From: an uncultured Clostridia bacterium
GTDB taxonomy: Bacteria > Bacillota > Clostridia > Christensenellales > UBA1242
Length of the DNA: 64,000 nt
NCBI GenBank assembly: GCA_947630405.1
Contig: CANRHL010000001.1
Location: 92,971 to 156,970, forward strand
Reading direction: 5' to 3'
Positions 9,101-17,606 of this stretch are shown piece after piece (the first letter of the stretch is position 1; the number at the start of each line of letters is the position of its first letter). The position numbers and the translations under genes were made by a program. The notes under the pieces are model-generated. The model saw nothing but the letters and a program-made list of their open reading frames with translations, searched no databases and was not told the DNA's origin.

Positions 9101-11695
9101 GGAGTTTACAACTATGCAACCACAATAATAATTAGGTTAAACGGCGCGTTATATGATGAATACACCTGCAATCCAAATGACAATTATAGTTACACAAACC
9201 GCCAAGGCGATAAAGTGGAAATTATTTCCCACTTGGATGTTAACGGAAACTATCAAATTGAAATGATTGATGTTATGGGCGCGCGAAAAACCTATTACGA
9301 ATTTAACATTTCGCACGAGCCATATTCAATTTCGTTTGGCCTAGATGGGAGCGCAAATTATTATAAAGACCCTAACGGGAGCGACCCTTATTACTATTCA
9401 TTCAATCAAGCCAACATCTCTTATAATAGCGATTACTATTTGGCAACAATAACCTACTCAATTCAAAGCGAAGGCGTATCTCATATTATAAGCGGCAGTT
9501 CGGCTGGTGGAAATGCGGGCGGCATTAAAGTTGTGGACATCACAACCGAAAACGGCTTTACCATAATTAAACTTATTCCATATTTAAACGGAAATTCTCA
9601 AGGCGACCTTTTAACTGCCGAAATTAACATTTACAGGGAAGATAACACGTTTAGTTACACCTATCTTGTTAGGGTGGATAACCGATTGGGCGAAGTATGG
9701 CTGAGAAATGGCAAGGGTGAAAATTGCGATTATAGAGTTGATATCAATGCGGACCACACTCAAACCGAGAGGCCAACCAACACCTATTCCGGCACTTCAA
9801 CATTAAGTTGGGAAGTTAGCGAAAGCAATCAATTTGATTATGTTTACACTTTATATGAACAACTAGACACCGATGAAATTGTTGCCACCAACTTAAACGG
9901 AAGGCAAAATTACATTATTGATACGCGTGAAAATAGCAAGGGCATATATAGATTTGTTGTGGATGTTTATGCAAAAGGCATATTAGACCTTAACAATATA
10001 ACCGAGCAAGAGAAGTCGATATATTATCTTGGCAACAAGGTTTACACCTTTGTGGTTACCGCGAAATCTGACCAATTGTATTATGTGAGAACAGAAAATT
10101 TTGTGGTTATGGACGCGAACTCAACCTTTAAATGGAGCGAATTGTTTGCAGCAGATTCTGGCTTAAATTTAAGGCAGGATGAGAAGGATGCAATTTTAAA
10201 TTGGTTCCATTTGGGAGACGATTATAACATCATTGAAAACAAGATGTTCCCGCTTTACATTTCCAATGAGAACTTGGAAGTGGTGGTTGAGCCAGACCTT
10301 AACGCAACAAAACTTGCCTATCCAGCAATTGTGAACGGAAATTATTCTTTAGTGTTGTATAAAATTAGCACACCAAACTATAATTATTATATAGCCACAC
10401 TTAAAGCACCGGTTACAAACAATTTAGTGGAGAACTTCCAATTGGTTAGTTCAAGCACAACAAGGACGCTTGAAAACAACACCAACTACACCTTTGCAGG
10501 AAGTGCACAAGAAAGCTTTAGCCTAAACGCAACTCAAATTAGATACTCTAGCTTGTTTGAAAAGAAAAACACAATTTTGATGTACGTTTATTATAACGAC
10601 ACCTTTGTTAAAATGGTTGAATTTAACACCGATAAAATTAATTTTGACATTTTAGGCAATGGGCGCTACAGTTTTGTGTTTAAAGATTTGGCTGGCAACA
10701 CTCACTATTTTGGGCAGGGTGGTTCAACACTATATTTAACCATTTTGCGTGAAGTTGTTGTGTTCGTAAATGGCGAAGCACCAATTGAATACGCTTATTA
10801 TAACGATAAAGTTGAACTTTCAATTTACAATCCAGGCATGTATTTGCAATCCACTGAATCCGCGCCAATAAACGTAACCGCAACTCGTAACGGGCAAGTT
10901 TACACGCCTGAAATTGCTTCGTCAAAATACACGTTTAGTGATTATGGAACTTATAGGGTAACCGTTACCGCCACATATGTTGATAGCAATGGGCAGAGTT
11001 ATCCACTTACAAAAGTTTTCTCGTTCACAATTTTGAACAATGGCGAGGCAAGGCAGTCAATCGATTTAACCTCACTAAACGGCTACGAATTGATTAAAGC
11101 AACAAACAACTTAAATGAAGATATAACCGATGTTTTAATGGGCATTTTAAACCTAAACAACAGTTCGGAGGGCATGTTATTAACTTACGATAAACTGCTT
11201 GAAAACAGTGCAACACTTAACATAACGGCAGGCAAGCAAACCTTTACGCTAACATATCGCGCAAAAGCGGATATTTACCCAGAAAGAACGTTTACTTTTG
11301 CATTTGTTATGAACAACGAAGTTCCAACAATAGAGTGTTCATTAGCGCCGGGAGATAGCAACAACAAAGGCTTTAGCCTAACATTTAATCCGGCAATAAT
11401 TTACGAGCAAGTTGGCGAAAGTGCAGTTTACTTAAACAACACCCTTCTTGCCACAATTGATAAAGATGTTGCCGATTCAGTTGTTTCGTTCTACATTTCA
11501 CAAAAAGAATATGGTTCAGGCGATTATTACATTTCGCTAAGAACAAAATCGGGTGACATTATTTCACAATACATGGTAACCCTAACCGAGCCATTGAACG
11601 TTTGGGCAATAATCATTATTGTTGTTGTGGTGGCGGTGGTTATCACAGTTGTTACCATAATTATAGTTTTAAGAACAAGGATGAAAATTAGATAA
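3146..11695 (+). CDS. giant (2849 aa) surface protein with an N-terminal signal-anchor and a C-terminal TM anchor; no domain recognised
   Basis: Uninterrupted 8.5-kb ORF. There is no ATG before residue 67 of the track translation, so a TTG start is required. I prefer TTG 3146, 6 nt after AAAGGGGA (3132-3139), over TTG 3110. N-terminus KGKIKVFSKIIIALFAVLTAVVLVAFAF. C-terminus VWAIIIIVVVVAVVITVVTIIIVLRTRMKIR. N/Y/T/S-rich beta-type composition. Confidence 0.85.
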   Translation: MKGKIKVFSKIIIALFAVLTAVVLVAFAFKDKGAKGYAEFIKNGNDYSGFTEQGMILSVEKVGVSAQDVQNYVDNSGTSFKTPLYSTPLAPGEEEEQKKNKEIEKMLVPGGAYYYKNLTNQLASAGNSEKYVVNNGEFVMLNNRLSNGQYINDQISDAYTEEGPAVKMSEAILITFGGYFRYTDVTGNTKFGKAGQVNDMQGSIDAQNSGANMENLIVNITKDGQPLEMTNVIRTYNTYYQDFGLIIPQFQDGEQSTEGHYVLNFSYRYDGNPSSNNVFEFNLLFRSSYHATESVGEDQYTAEPTISKATRVINESNNQFEYFLGKQADYPVLVYDYTKYHMSFTHTANGVATTCEYTATINSTGELSATLTADIPNQTDDEPISYNMSKFTRGRNNFVVFVFTEMGSYDFHFTYLYETIGENGAINLTSSGMNLQVDDLSLSIYGHELKYSPVGYREAELRKITLSGKQGEAGENQRADLIVPGDIEYINAHRTTQLNELGPKFEYRNDSTAMVGSVIEMLDANIQTQSEEYLTSGEGITSKDDDIIEFVREINEIKDQATIDAATEQKVADWLNNKIDFVKTNQPNIWLETNNAINRDASFYYTSTNKNNLLTKPSQDGGSRVPQEQQKYINTTTFSTAGYYLVFIYNDVSNENDYYQVFAFEYSDEVIVPNIVEQSTEEYEGKVIGSRGFTNKNVEIYWQKPGVFEKQVQGKYYYMLDRYINNEITLDYIVSHGIQQNLTSGDKNIVGNEVPEGHGATFVVKIEGDGQSYRIFTIDRQPISGVGLYEVRTNPATFGGVYYTVSTDTNGQYVQLTNVITNSLATLNWNDKNSGAKITAQYTYTPFTKYTPTADDNSKKIKMVENTPSNELWFTTNYQLGQTSSIFEDITKPTALNDILSDENLIKNQGIYLFTLTDDAGNQTKFMFVVDDTESYFYVYEDGKEGEGKYLTASSEMYASSTKVRVSTHKAINLFSSTDVSTDIDETADDKNRQDLLKIISNLSSDVELNSLNYYTDAGHRSNIRNLFDSTGQGTLDYYLKVRNRSLTTYDNLDNYKGENSIGEISRINNSITIEHNEEDGTSTVRFLYIIGENQISAGINLDPSNTSYIRNSRSYLLIEINTDNSRGFVYYGNTDFTSNQIPADGKSSSDVIRLYTGNSLNNLEATSDNHIAFVWNTSNNGFTVESITYSYYTLDVTNYSEQTAFYTLSEEDVVLYQSGGGYEKGAYTFDNGNRAFAPIRKIGRQTQEGLYIITRTYTEGGNFEKDDREKHYWFIVDRNGIKTSGISGDRISTNLLKDETTFNSFGLVGTELGSVNFVEGKELVGPIDYNVYFTTNKLPATLSIPNNKYYQYGTGATPNVSNYAMGLLNVKVVFKDTAYQLQNIPGFAASSNLLIYSGNAEVKIDAQNNQYFNVDFYDYLSNYSDVRVRDRFVNSGNNHDWICLPGDYVVIISDNVRSIEYPNGGSHQMVFGFRVSPNAPAANLGAISEKVSGGELTFSEGDKPTLNADGSYSLTTNKEYIAVELPEYVVVENYSYENRQNALYAQLDVEYLVVKKNGGYYFNYNHGDLGEATHDLNNDPDVENNRSGQNIVSRKIYLNTDLRKADGSINLDNISTPINFEITVRFKLYNARSSGYEEFLNSYYSYDENGNLRDYYYATYNITIDRQAPINNTNYLEQNDALVSYYNEENGTNKMIMPYANDNPVYFANRYESYYSSNKNQAKIYPFKVSSSTHFDLTDVERIFYRAYTSNLNLPVVPDAEPTWHEYNQRADDLTYGDIIGEYRRDPNFNIENITYVEMLEIDKAGNATQYVVFFDDGSNSYDDLNLVFNVRTLNNKLFENDNFTINLSENRTQDLSIFNISVPQDLDDEEAVYGSYIDKFYHYELLNLATNTRVSKNTNLTTQFTKSGIILDIVNLIKDSGEGNYRLTLMSRTHTVTINLNYYNEATFDETLTQLDPGALVEGVGENTQINLTKAKKEIIEGSGVYNYATTIIIRLNGALYDEYTCNPNDNYSYTNRQGDKVEIISHLDVNGNYQIEMIDVMGARKTYYEFNISHEPYSISFGLDGSANYYKDPNGSDPYYYSFNQANISYNSDYYLATITYSIQSEGVSHIISGSSAGGNAGGIKVVDITTENGFTIIKLIPYLNGNSQGDLLTAEINIYREDNTFSYTYLVRVDNRLGEVWLRNGKGENCDYRVDINADHTQTERPTNTYSGTSTLSWEVSESNQFDYVYTLYEQLDTDEIVATNLNGRQNYIIDTRENSKGIYRFVVDVYAKGILDLNNITEQEKSIYYLGNKVYTFVVTAKSDQLYYVRTENFVVMDANSTFKWSELFAADSGLNLRQDEKDAILNWFHLGDDYNIIENKMFPLYISNENLEVVVEPDLNATKLAYPAIVNGNYSLVLYKISTPNYNYYIATLKAPVTNNLVENFQLVSSSTTRTLENNTNYTFAGSAQESFSLNATQIRYSSLFEKKNTILMYVYYNDTFVKMVEFNTDKINFDILGNGRYSFVFKDLAGNTHYFGQGGSTLYLTILREVVVFVNGEAPIEYAYYNDKVELSIYNPGMYLQSTESAPINVTATRNGQVYTPEIASSKYTFSDYGTYRVTVTATYVDSNGQSYPLTKVFSFTILNNGEARQSIDLTSLNGYELIKATNNLNEDITDVLMGILNLNNSSEGMLLTYDKLLENSATLNITAGKQTFTLTYRAKADIYPERTFTFAFVMNNEVPTIECSLAPGDSNNKGFSLTFNPAIIYEQVGESAVYLNNTLLATIDKDVADSVVSFYISQKEYGSGDYYISLRTKSGDIISQYMVTLTEPLNVWAIIIIVVVVAVVITVVTIIIVLRTRMKIR

Positions 11696-12435
11696 TGAAA
11701 AACGAACATGTGGAAAAGGTTCAAATCAACGACACCGAAATAGACTTCACCGAAGTGGTGCCGATAACTGAACTTATGCGTTTAATTGAAATTGCGGCAT
11801 TTAATCATGCAGATAATATTGGGCTTGACCATGCGTCAATGCTCAAATTTAGCAACGTTTTTTGGGTGGTTACAAAAATAAAATTGCACATAAAAGACGA
11901 TGTGCGCGCCCACGAAAAGATTTCCGTTAAAACGTGGACACACCCACCAACCATGATTAGGGCAATTAGGGATGCGGAAATTAAATGCAAAAACAAAGTT
12001 AAAGTTAAAAGTTCTAGTGAGTGGTGTTGCTTGGATTATGACACTCATAAAATTAGGAAATTTTCAACAATAAAATATCCCGACCTTGAAATGTTGGATA
12101 ACCGCGAAGTGAACTTAAAACCTTTAAATTTTAAGGCGGAAATGACAGAAAAAAATTATGTTTACACCAAAATTGTTAGGCCAACCGACATCGACCTTAA
12201 CATGCACACCAACAATTTAAAATATAATTACATTGCCCTTGACGCGTTTACTACAGACGAGTTTAAAGAGTTTAGAATAACAGACTATGAAATTCACTTT
12301 TTAAACGAAAGCCACGAAGGCGATAAAATTGACGTTTATAAACTGAAAAAGGGCAGAGTGTATGTTGTTGAAGGCAGAACTCAAGAAAAACCAATTTTTA
12401 GGGTGTTCTTAAAGGTTAAACCAAACAAAAAATAA
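11695..12435 (+). CDS. acyl-ACP thioesterase family protein
   Basis: Double hot-dog sized (246 aa). FWVVTKIKLHI and DIDLNMHTNNLKYNYIALDAF resemble the acyl-ACP thioesterase family consensus. The ATG overlaps the giant gene stop (TAATG). Confidence 0.65.
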   Translation: MKNEHVEKVQINDTEIDFTEVVPITELMRLIEIAAFNHADNIGLDHASMLKFSNVFWVVTKIKLHIKDDVRAHEKISVKTWTHPPTMIRAIRDAEIKCKNKVKVKSSSEWCCLDYDTHKIRKFSTIKYPDLEMLDNREVNLKPLNFKAEMTEKNYVYTKIVRPTDIDLNMHTNNLKYNYIALDAFTTDEFKEFRITDYEIHFLNESHEGDKIDVYKLKKGRVYVVEGRTQEKPIFRVFLKVKPNKK

Positions 12436-12581
12436 AGGCACATAGAGTGCTTTTATTTTTTTATTTTATTATTGATGTTAGATTGCTTTATATTTTTTAT
12501 TTTAACTACTCATTTTTTGTTATTTTGAGTTGGGATTTTTATTGTGTTGTTCCACTTGTTTAATTTTTTATTGCGTTGTGT

Positions 12582-13832
12582 TTATTTTATTTCAATTTCA
12601 GTTATGTTTTCAGTTATTTTGTTGCCAACCACATCAAACGATAACTGCATTGCCTTTTCCTCAATTTTTTCTTCCAAATCTTGTGCGATGGCTTTAACAT
12701 TTTCTTTAAATTCCTCTCTAATTTCCGCCTTGTTCACTTCCAGGTGTTTGCTATCGGCAGATTTTAAGCGCAACTGAACTTCCACTTCCGGCTTTTTCTT
12801 TAATTCTCTATAGAACGCCTCGCCTTCGTGCGATAGGAAGAAAACGCCAACAATGCCCTTTTTCTTTGAACTTAGAATTTGGTAAGCAGCACGTTTGCGT
12901 GCGCCACCAACTATGTAGCCAAGTTTTTTTGAGTTAGTTTCCACAAACACATTGTAGGCTAAAATCTGGCCTTTGTTATCTAGTATCGTTATGCCGTCAA
13001 AGTTGAGCATGCGAACAAATAGGTCGGAGTAAACGCGCAGTTTTTGTTCGTTATAACTCTTGCTTTGGGCAAAAAGTTTGCTATAACTAATTGGCTCTTT
13101 TAGCCAAATGCCGTCCTCAAACAGGCCGGTATCTTTATAATCTTTATCCACAACCACGCAAATTGTGCCGTTAATATCGTTAACCGCACTTGTGAAAATG
13201 TTGTAATACATATTTTTCATATCTTGCAACTTGCGTTGCGTGGTGCGTAATTTTGAAAATGCTGCGTCAACAAAGGCACGAATTTCGGTGGCGTATGGGC
13301 TGAATTTGGATTTATCTAGCGAAAAGTTTACAATCAAGTTTCTGCCCGAAACCGAGTGCAATTGCATGGTGTAAAAGTTAAGCGGGCGGGCAAGTATGCA
13401 GTTAATTTTTGGCTGCTTATCTTTAATGGTTACATTCTCTTCAAGGCTTCTAATAAAGCCCTTATCCTTAATGCTGCCAAAAGACATTGCAAGCCCGTAA
13501 GTTATGGACTTTTCTTTAATATTAATAAACACGCACCAATCGTTACGGCACACGGCAAGTAAACTTTTCATGCGCATATTAAAGTTTGCGGCATCTTTAT
13601 CTTCAAAAATTGTAATGATGTGCGACTTTGGAATGCTTTTAATTAGCGCCTCAATGTTATCGGTGAACACAAGTTTTGGGCGAATTAGGTTGCCTTCTTC
13701 CTTATAATACATGATTTCGTTAAAGTTGTTTAGGAAGTGGCTCATAACAAGCGGCGGAAAATTAGCAAACTCTTGTTCAAAGAAATTTGTTACATTATCC
13801 TTGGCGTTGTCGAAAAAAATCATCTCATCCAT
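12582..13832 (-). CDS. DAC (diadenylate cyclase / DisA_N)-like domain protein with an unknown ~200-aa N-terminal domain and a C-terminal coiled coil
   Basis: In order: GTICVVVD, FDGITILDNKGQILAYNVFV, GGARKRAAYQI, VFFLSHEGEAF. These parallel the DAC motifs GALIVI, HDGAVI, GTRHRAA, VSEETG. No SD at the start. Confidence 0.55.
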   Translation of the reverse strand: MDEMIFFDNAKDNVTNFFEQEFANFPPLVMSHFLNNFNEIMYYKEEGNLIRPKLVFTDNIEALIKSIPKSHIITIFEDKDAANFNMRMKSLLAVCRNDWCVFINIKEKSITYGLAMSFGSIKDKGFIRSLEENVTIKDKQPKINCILARPLNFYTMQLHSVSGRNLIVNFSLDKSKFSPYATEIRAFVDAAFSKLRTTQRKLQDMKNMYYNIFTSAVNDINGTICVVVDKDYKDTGLFEDGIWLKEPISYSKLFAQSKSYNEQKLRVYSDLFVRMLNFDGITILDNKGQILAYNVFVETNSKKLGYIVGGARKRAAYQILSSKKKGIVGVFFLSHEGEAFYRELKKKPEVEVQLRLKSADSKHLEVNKAEIREEFKENVKAIAQDLEEKIEEKAMQLSFDVVGNKITENITEIEIK

Positions 13833-13840
13833 TTAAAAAG

Positions 13841-13869
13841 AATATAACAATAATTTAAAAAATTTGCAA
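13841..13869 (-). promoter_or_regulatory. putative promoter abutting the start codon of the DAC-like gene
   Basis: Minus strand: TTGCAA (13869-13864), 17 nt, TGtTATATT (-10 at 13846-13841), 8 nt, ATG (13832). Confidence 0.4.
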
Positions 13870-13914
13870 ATATTTTAAAAATTTTTCTAAAAAAAACCAA
13901 AAAAAATCTCAATT

Positions 13915-14160
13915 TTATGGTTTTAACTGAGATTTTAAATAAATTATTTCGTTTTTTAGCCGGTTGCACTCGGCCGTTTTTGCCTTTAACTCTTTAAGCA
14001 ATTTTTCGTTGGTTAGGTTCAAATTTAAAATTTCGGCTTTGGTGTCCAACTCAAGTTTGTGTTTAACCACGCCCATAATTCCTTTGAACAGGGCGGTGAT
14101 ATCGTCATCGGTTATGCTTGGCGGCATAACATAAATGTTGCAATCCTTTTTTTCCTTCAT
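13915..14160 (-). CDS. hypothetical small coiled-coil protein (81 aa)
   Basis: ORF only. C-terminal heptad-like LKELKAKTAECNRLKNEIIYLKSQL. Upstream of and same strand as the DAC-like gene. Confidence 0.45.
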   Translation of the reverse strand: MKEKKDCNIYVMPPSITDDDITALFKGIMGVVKHKLELDTKAEILNLNLTNEKLLKELKAKTAECNRLKNEIIYLKSQLKP

Positions 14161-14276
14161 AACACTATCTTGCCCCCGCTCGCTCGTTTTTATTTATTGT
14201 TAAATTACTAATTTTGTAACAAATTAAATATTTTTGTAGAAGTAAAATTTTATTATCTTTATTCATAAGTATATAT

Positions 14277-15119
14277 ATGAATTATTTAATTTCAAAGTTA
14301 AATTGTTTTGTTTTGGAACTTAAATTAAAAATAGATGCTAACGCAAAATATAAAATTGAAAATCTTGAAAATGAGTTTTACACTTTTATTGTGAACGATA
14401 AACCTCTTTTCGTTAATTTTTTGGAAAAAAATAAACACCTAACAAAAATTGACTATTTAGGGGATTCATTTTTTTTCTTATTTTTTAATAGCAATGAATT
14501 AAACGATGTTCAATTAATAAAATGCAACAACGCTGACGTTTTAATTTCGTTTGGCGATAGGCTAAAATTGTTTGTTGATGGGCAGCCTGCGGTGGATTTT
14601 GAAAACTTAAATTTCTGTTACTCTCATCAAGAAACTTTTAACGCTTACACCATACTTTATTTTGAAGGGGTGCGTAAATTTTTTGTGCTTTTAAAGGGCA
14701 GGGAAGTTTGTGCGTATGATTTTTTTGATGAAATTAACAAGGGCGAAAATGAAATATATTTTATGGCAAAACTCTTTGATAGTTTAAATCACGGCAGGGT
14801 TTATCATGTTGAAAAGGGCGAGTTTAATTCATATCTTGTTTATCTTGACGAGTTTGAACTTAATTTAAAGCCCGAGTTCTGCCCGCTTGTGTTTCTTGAT
14901 TGCTTGCTTGCAAAAAACTATAAATACTGCGCAAATTTATTAGATGAAAATATCCGCCCGAGCGAGGAAAAACTAATTAAAGATTTTTTTACCGAATTTG
15001 ATTATTATTACCCGCTAAAACAAAATGCGGTTGCACTCTTTAAAAAAAATGCCCCTGCGGGCATTTACGAATTTGAAACTTTAAACCAGCTAATTACTAA
15101 CATCGTTTGCGTTAGGTGA
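14277..15119 (+). CDS. hypothetical protein (280 aa), no recognisable motif
   Basis: Long ORF in stop-rich AT-rich DNA. Its 3' end overlaps the convergent ATPase gene by 30 nt. Confidence 0.5.
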   Translation: MNYLISKLNCFVLELKLKIDANAKYKIENLENEFYTFIVNDKPLFVNFLEKNKHLTKIDYLGDSFFFLFFNSNELNDVQLIKCNNADVLISFGDRLKLFVDGQPAVDFENLNFCYSHQETFNAYTILYFEGVRKFFVLLKGREVCAYDFFDEINKGENEIYFMAKLFDSLNHGRVYHVEKGEFNSYLVYLDEFELNLKPEFCPLVFLDCLLAKNYKYCANLLDENIRPSEEKLIKDFFTEFDYYYPLKQNAVALFKKNAPAGIYEFETLNQLITNIVCVR

Positions 15120-17495
15120 TTGATAGTTAAATAATTTCATTAAAGTAATATAAACAGGGTAAGCACATTGGCAAACCACAATTAAGAACAACAGTTCGGT
15201 GTAGCCAAAGCGCACATATTTGAATAGCCATGGCATAGTGAACACTAAGGTTATTGCAAGCGTTAGGCAAACAGTGTAAAGTAGCGCTTTAAACCAGTTG
15301 AACGGCTTGCACATTCTAAATAACGCAATAAAGCCAACCGCCAAAATTGCAAGTGAGGCCATGGTTACCAACACTTCGGTTGAAATGCCGGTGAACAACT
15401 GATAAATGTACATTGCAATTGTTGTGCCAACCATACATATGCCGGCAGGCAGCGAATTCTTTGCCAAGTTAAGCATAAATTTACCTTTAATAGGGTTGGT
15501 GTTTGGCTGCAGCGCTAGGAAGAACGAAGGTATGCCAATAACCAAAGTTTCCAGCAGAATAAATTGAATTGGGCTGAACGGATAGGTCGAGCCGGTTTTT
15601 TTGAAATAGCCATAGCATAGCACAAAAATTGAAATGCAAATTGCAAAAATTGTTTTCATTAGGAATAGAGATGCGGATTTTTGCACGTTGTTCACAACTT
15701 GCCTGCCTTCCGCCACCACGCTTGGCATTGAACTAAAGTTGCTATCCAGCAGCACAAGTTGGCTAACACTTCGCGCCGCATCACTGCCCGCCGCAATGGC
15801 AACCGAGCAATCCGCCTCTTTAAGCGCCAAAATGTCGTTCACACCATCGCCCGTCATGGCAACCGTTTTGCCTTGCGCCTTAAGCGCTTTAACAAGCACG
15901 GCTTTTTGCTCTGGGCTAACTCTGCCAAAAATGGTGAATTTTTCTGCCGCCTCAATAACATGATTGTTGCTTAAGCCCTGAAGGCTAATGTATTTATCAT
16001 AATTATCCACACCCACACGGCGCGCAACTTCGCTAACCGTTATTGGGTTATCGCCCGAAATAATTTTAATGTCCACGCCGTTTTGCTTGAACCACTCAAT
16101 TGTTTTAGGTGCGTCCTTTCTAATGTTATCTTGCAATAGTATCATTGCAACTGGGCGGCTATTATTATTTGTAAAATTGGCATCGCACTCGGTTAAAAGC
16201 AACACCCTATAGCCGCTTAACGCATATTGTTCCGCCTGCTTTTTAATGGCATCGGTTGGCTTATCAATAACATATTCATATGCACCAAGTTTGTACGCAC
16301 CAACACTTTTAAACTTGCAGCCCATAAACTTCCTTTCACTCGAAAATGGCACACTTTTATCTGCCGAATAAACAGGCTTGCCAAAATAAGATTTTAATGC
16401 CACTGCGGTGTGGTTTGCATCGTGGAAGGCGTTAACCATGCTGGATACAATTTTATCAACATCTTTTTGCGTTTCTTTGCTTAAAAGCACCACATCTTTA
16501 ACGCTCATCGACCCGCTTGTTAGCGTGCCGGTTTTATCTAGGCACAACACGTTAGTGCGGGCAAGCATTTCAATGCAGTAAAGGTCTTGCACAAGTGTTC
16601 GCTTTTTTGCCAAACGAATTACGCTAACCGCAAGCGCCACCGAAGTTAAAAGGAACATGCCGGCAGGTATCATGGCAATTATGCAGCCCGCCGTTTTGGT
16701 TATAACCATGTAGGTTAGCGAGTAGTTTTGCGCCGGATTTGCCGTGTAGTAAGTGTAGTTGTTGTAAAGCATTACAATAGCAATTGGCACCATAAATATT
16801 GAAATTATTTTTATAAGGGCACGCAAACTTGTAAGAAGTTCGCTCTTTGCTTGTTTAAACTTTTTTGCCTTTTGGCTTAGTTGCGAAATATAGTTATCAT
16901 CGCCTATTTTATTTACCTTTGCTTTGCACGTGCCGGAAGAGATGAAACTGCCACCAAGTAGGCTATCGCCTTTCTTTTTCTTAATTGGCTGACTCTCGCC
17001 CGTAAGCAAACTTTCATTAACTTCCACTTGGCCATCAATAACCACGCTATCGCACGCAATTTGCATGCCGGGGTTTAGGCACAAAACATCGTCTAGCACC
17101 ACTTCGGTTTTGTAAATTTCCTGCTCCTCGCCTTCACGCATAACCTTAACGAAATTGGAGTTGGTAAGAGAAAGTTTATCCATAGTTTTCTTTGCGCGTA
17201 TCTCTTGAAAAATACCAATGGCGGTGTTTAAAACAACAATTACCATAAATAGCATATCGCTATATGCGCCAACGCAGATTAGGGCAATGGCAACCACAAG
17301 GCAGGTTAGGTTGAAAAATGTAAAAATATTTTTAGCAAAAATGCTGCCCAAACTTTTTGTGGTTTTAACCTTGGAAACATTAACCAAATTATCTGTTATG
17401 CGCTGATTAATTTGTTTTGCGTTAAGCCCTTCGTTTGGCTTTGGATTGAACCGTGAAACGGTTTTTTTTGTTTCAACTAATTTTGTTTTTTTCAT
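15090..17495 (-). CDS. cation-translocating P-type ATPase (HAD-IC family)
   Basis: Phosphorylation motif CLDKTGTLT, TGES loop (LTGESQP), hinge MTGDGVNDILALKEAD, multiple TM helices. Confidence 0.9.
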   Translation of the reverse strand: MKKTKLVETKKTVSRFNPKPNEGLNAKQINQRITDNLVNVSKVKTTKSLGSIFAKNIFTFFNLTCLVVAIALICVGAYSDMLFMVIVVLNTAIGIFQEIRAKKTMDKLSLTNSNFVKVMREGEEQEIYKTEVVLDDVLCLNPGMQIACDSVVIDGQVEVNESLLTGESQPIKKKKGDSLLGGSFISSGTCKAKVNKIGDDNYISQLSQKAKKFKQAKSELLTSLRALIKIISIFMVPIAIVMLYNNYTYYTANPAQNYSLTYMVITKTAGCIIAMIPAGMFLLTSVALAVSVIRLAKKRTLVQDLYCIEMLARTNVLCLDKTGTLTSGSMSVKDVVLLSKETQKDVDKIVSSMVNAFHDANHTAVALKSYFGKPVYSADKSVPFSSERKFMGCKFKSVGAYKLGAYEYVIDKPTDAIKKQAEQYALSGYRVLLLTECDANFTNNNSRPVAMILLQDNIRKDAPKTIEWFKQNGVDIKIISGDNPITVSEVARRVGVDNYDKYISLQGLSNNHVIEAAEKFTIFGRVSPEQKAVLVKALKAQGKTVAMTGDGVNDILALKEADCSVAIAAGSDAARSVSQLVLLDSNFSSMPSVVAEGRQVVNNVQKSASLFLMKTIFAICISIFVLCYGYFKKTGSTYPFSPIQFILLETLVIGIPSFFLALQPNTNPIKGKFMLNLAKNSLPAGICMVGTTIAMYIYQLFTGISTEVLVTMASLAILAVGFIALFRMCKPFNWFKALLYTVCLTLAITLVFTMPWLFKYVRFGYTELLFLIVVCQCAYPVYITLMKLFNYQSPNANDVSN

Positions 17496-17606
17496 ATTTA
17501 TCCTATAATTTTTAACTATATTAACACACTTTAAAATTATTTACAAATAAATTACAAATTTTTAACTCAAATTTTAAATTGAGCATAAAAATAATAAGGA
17601 GAAATT

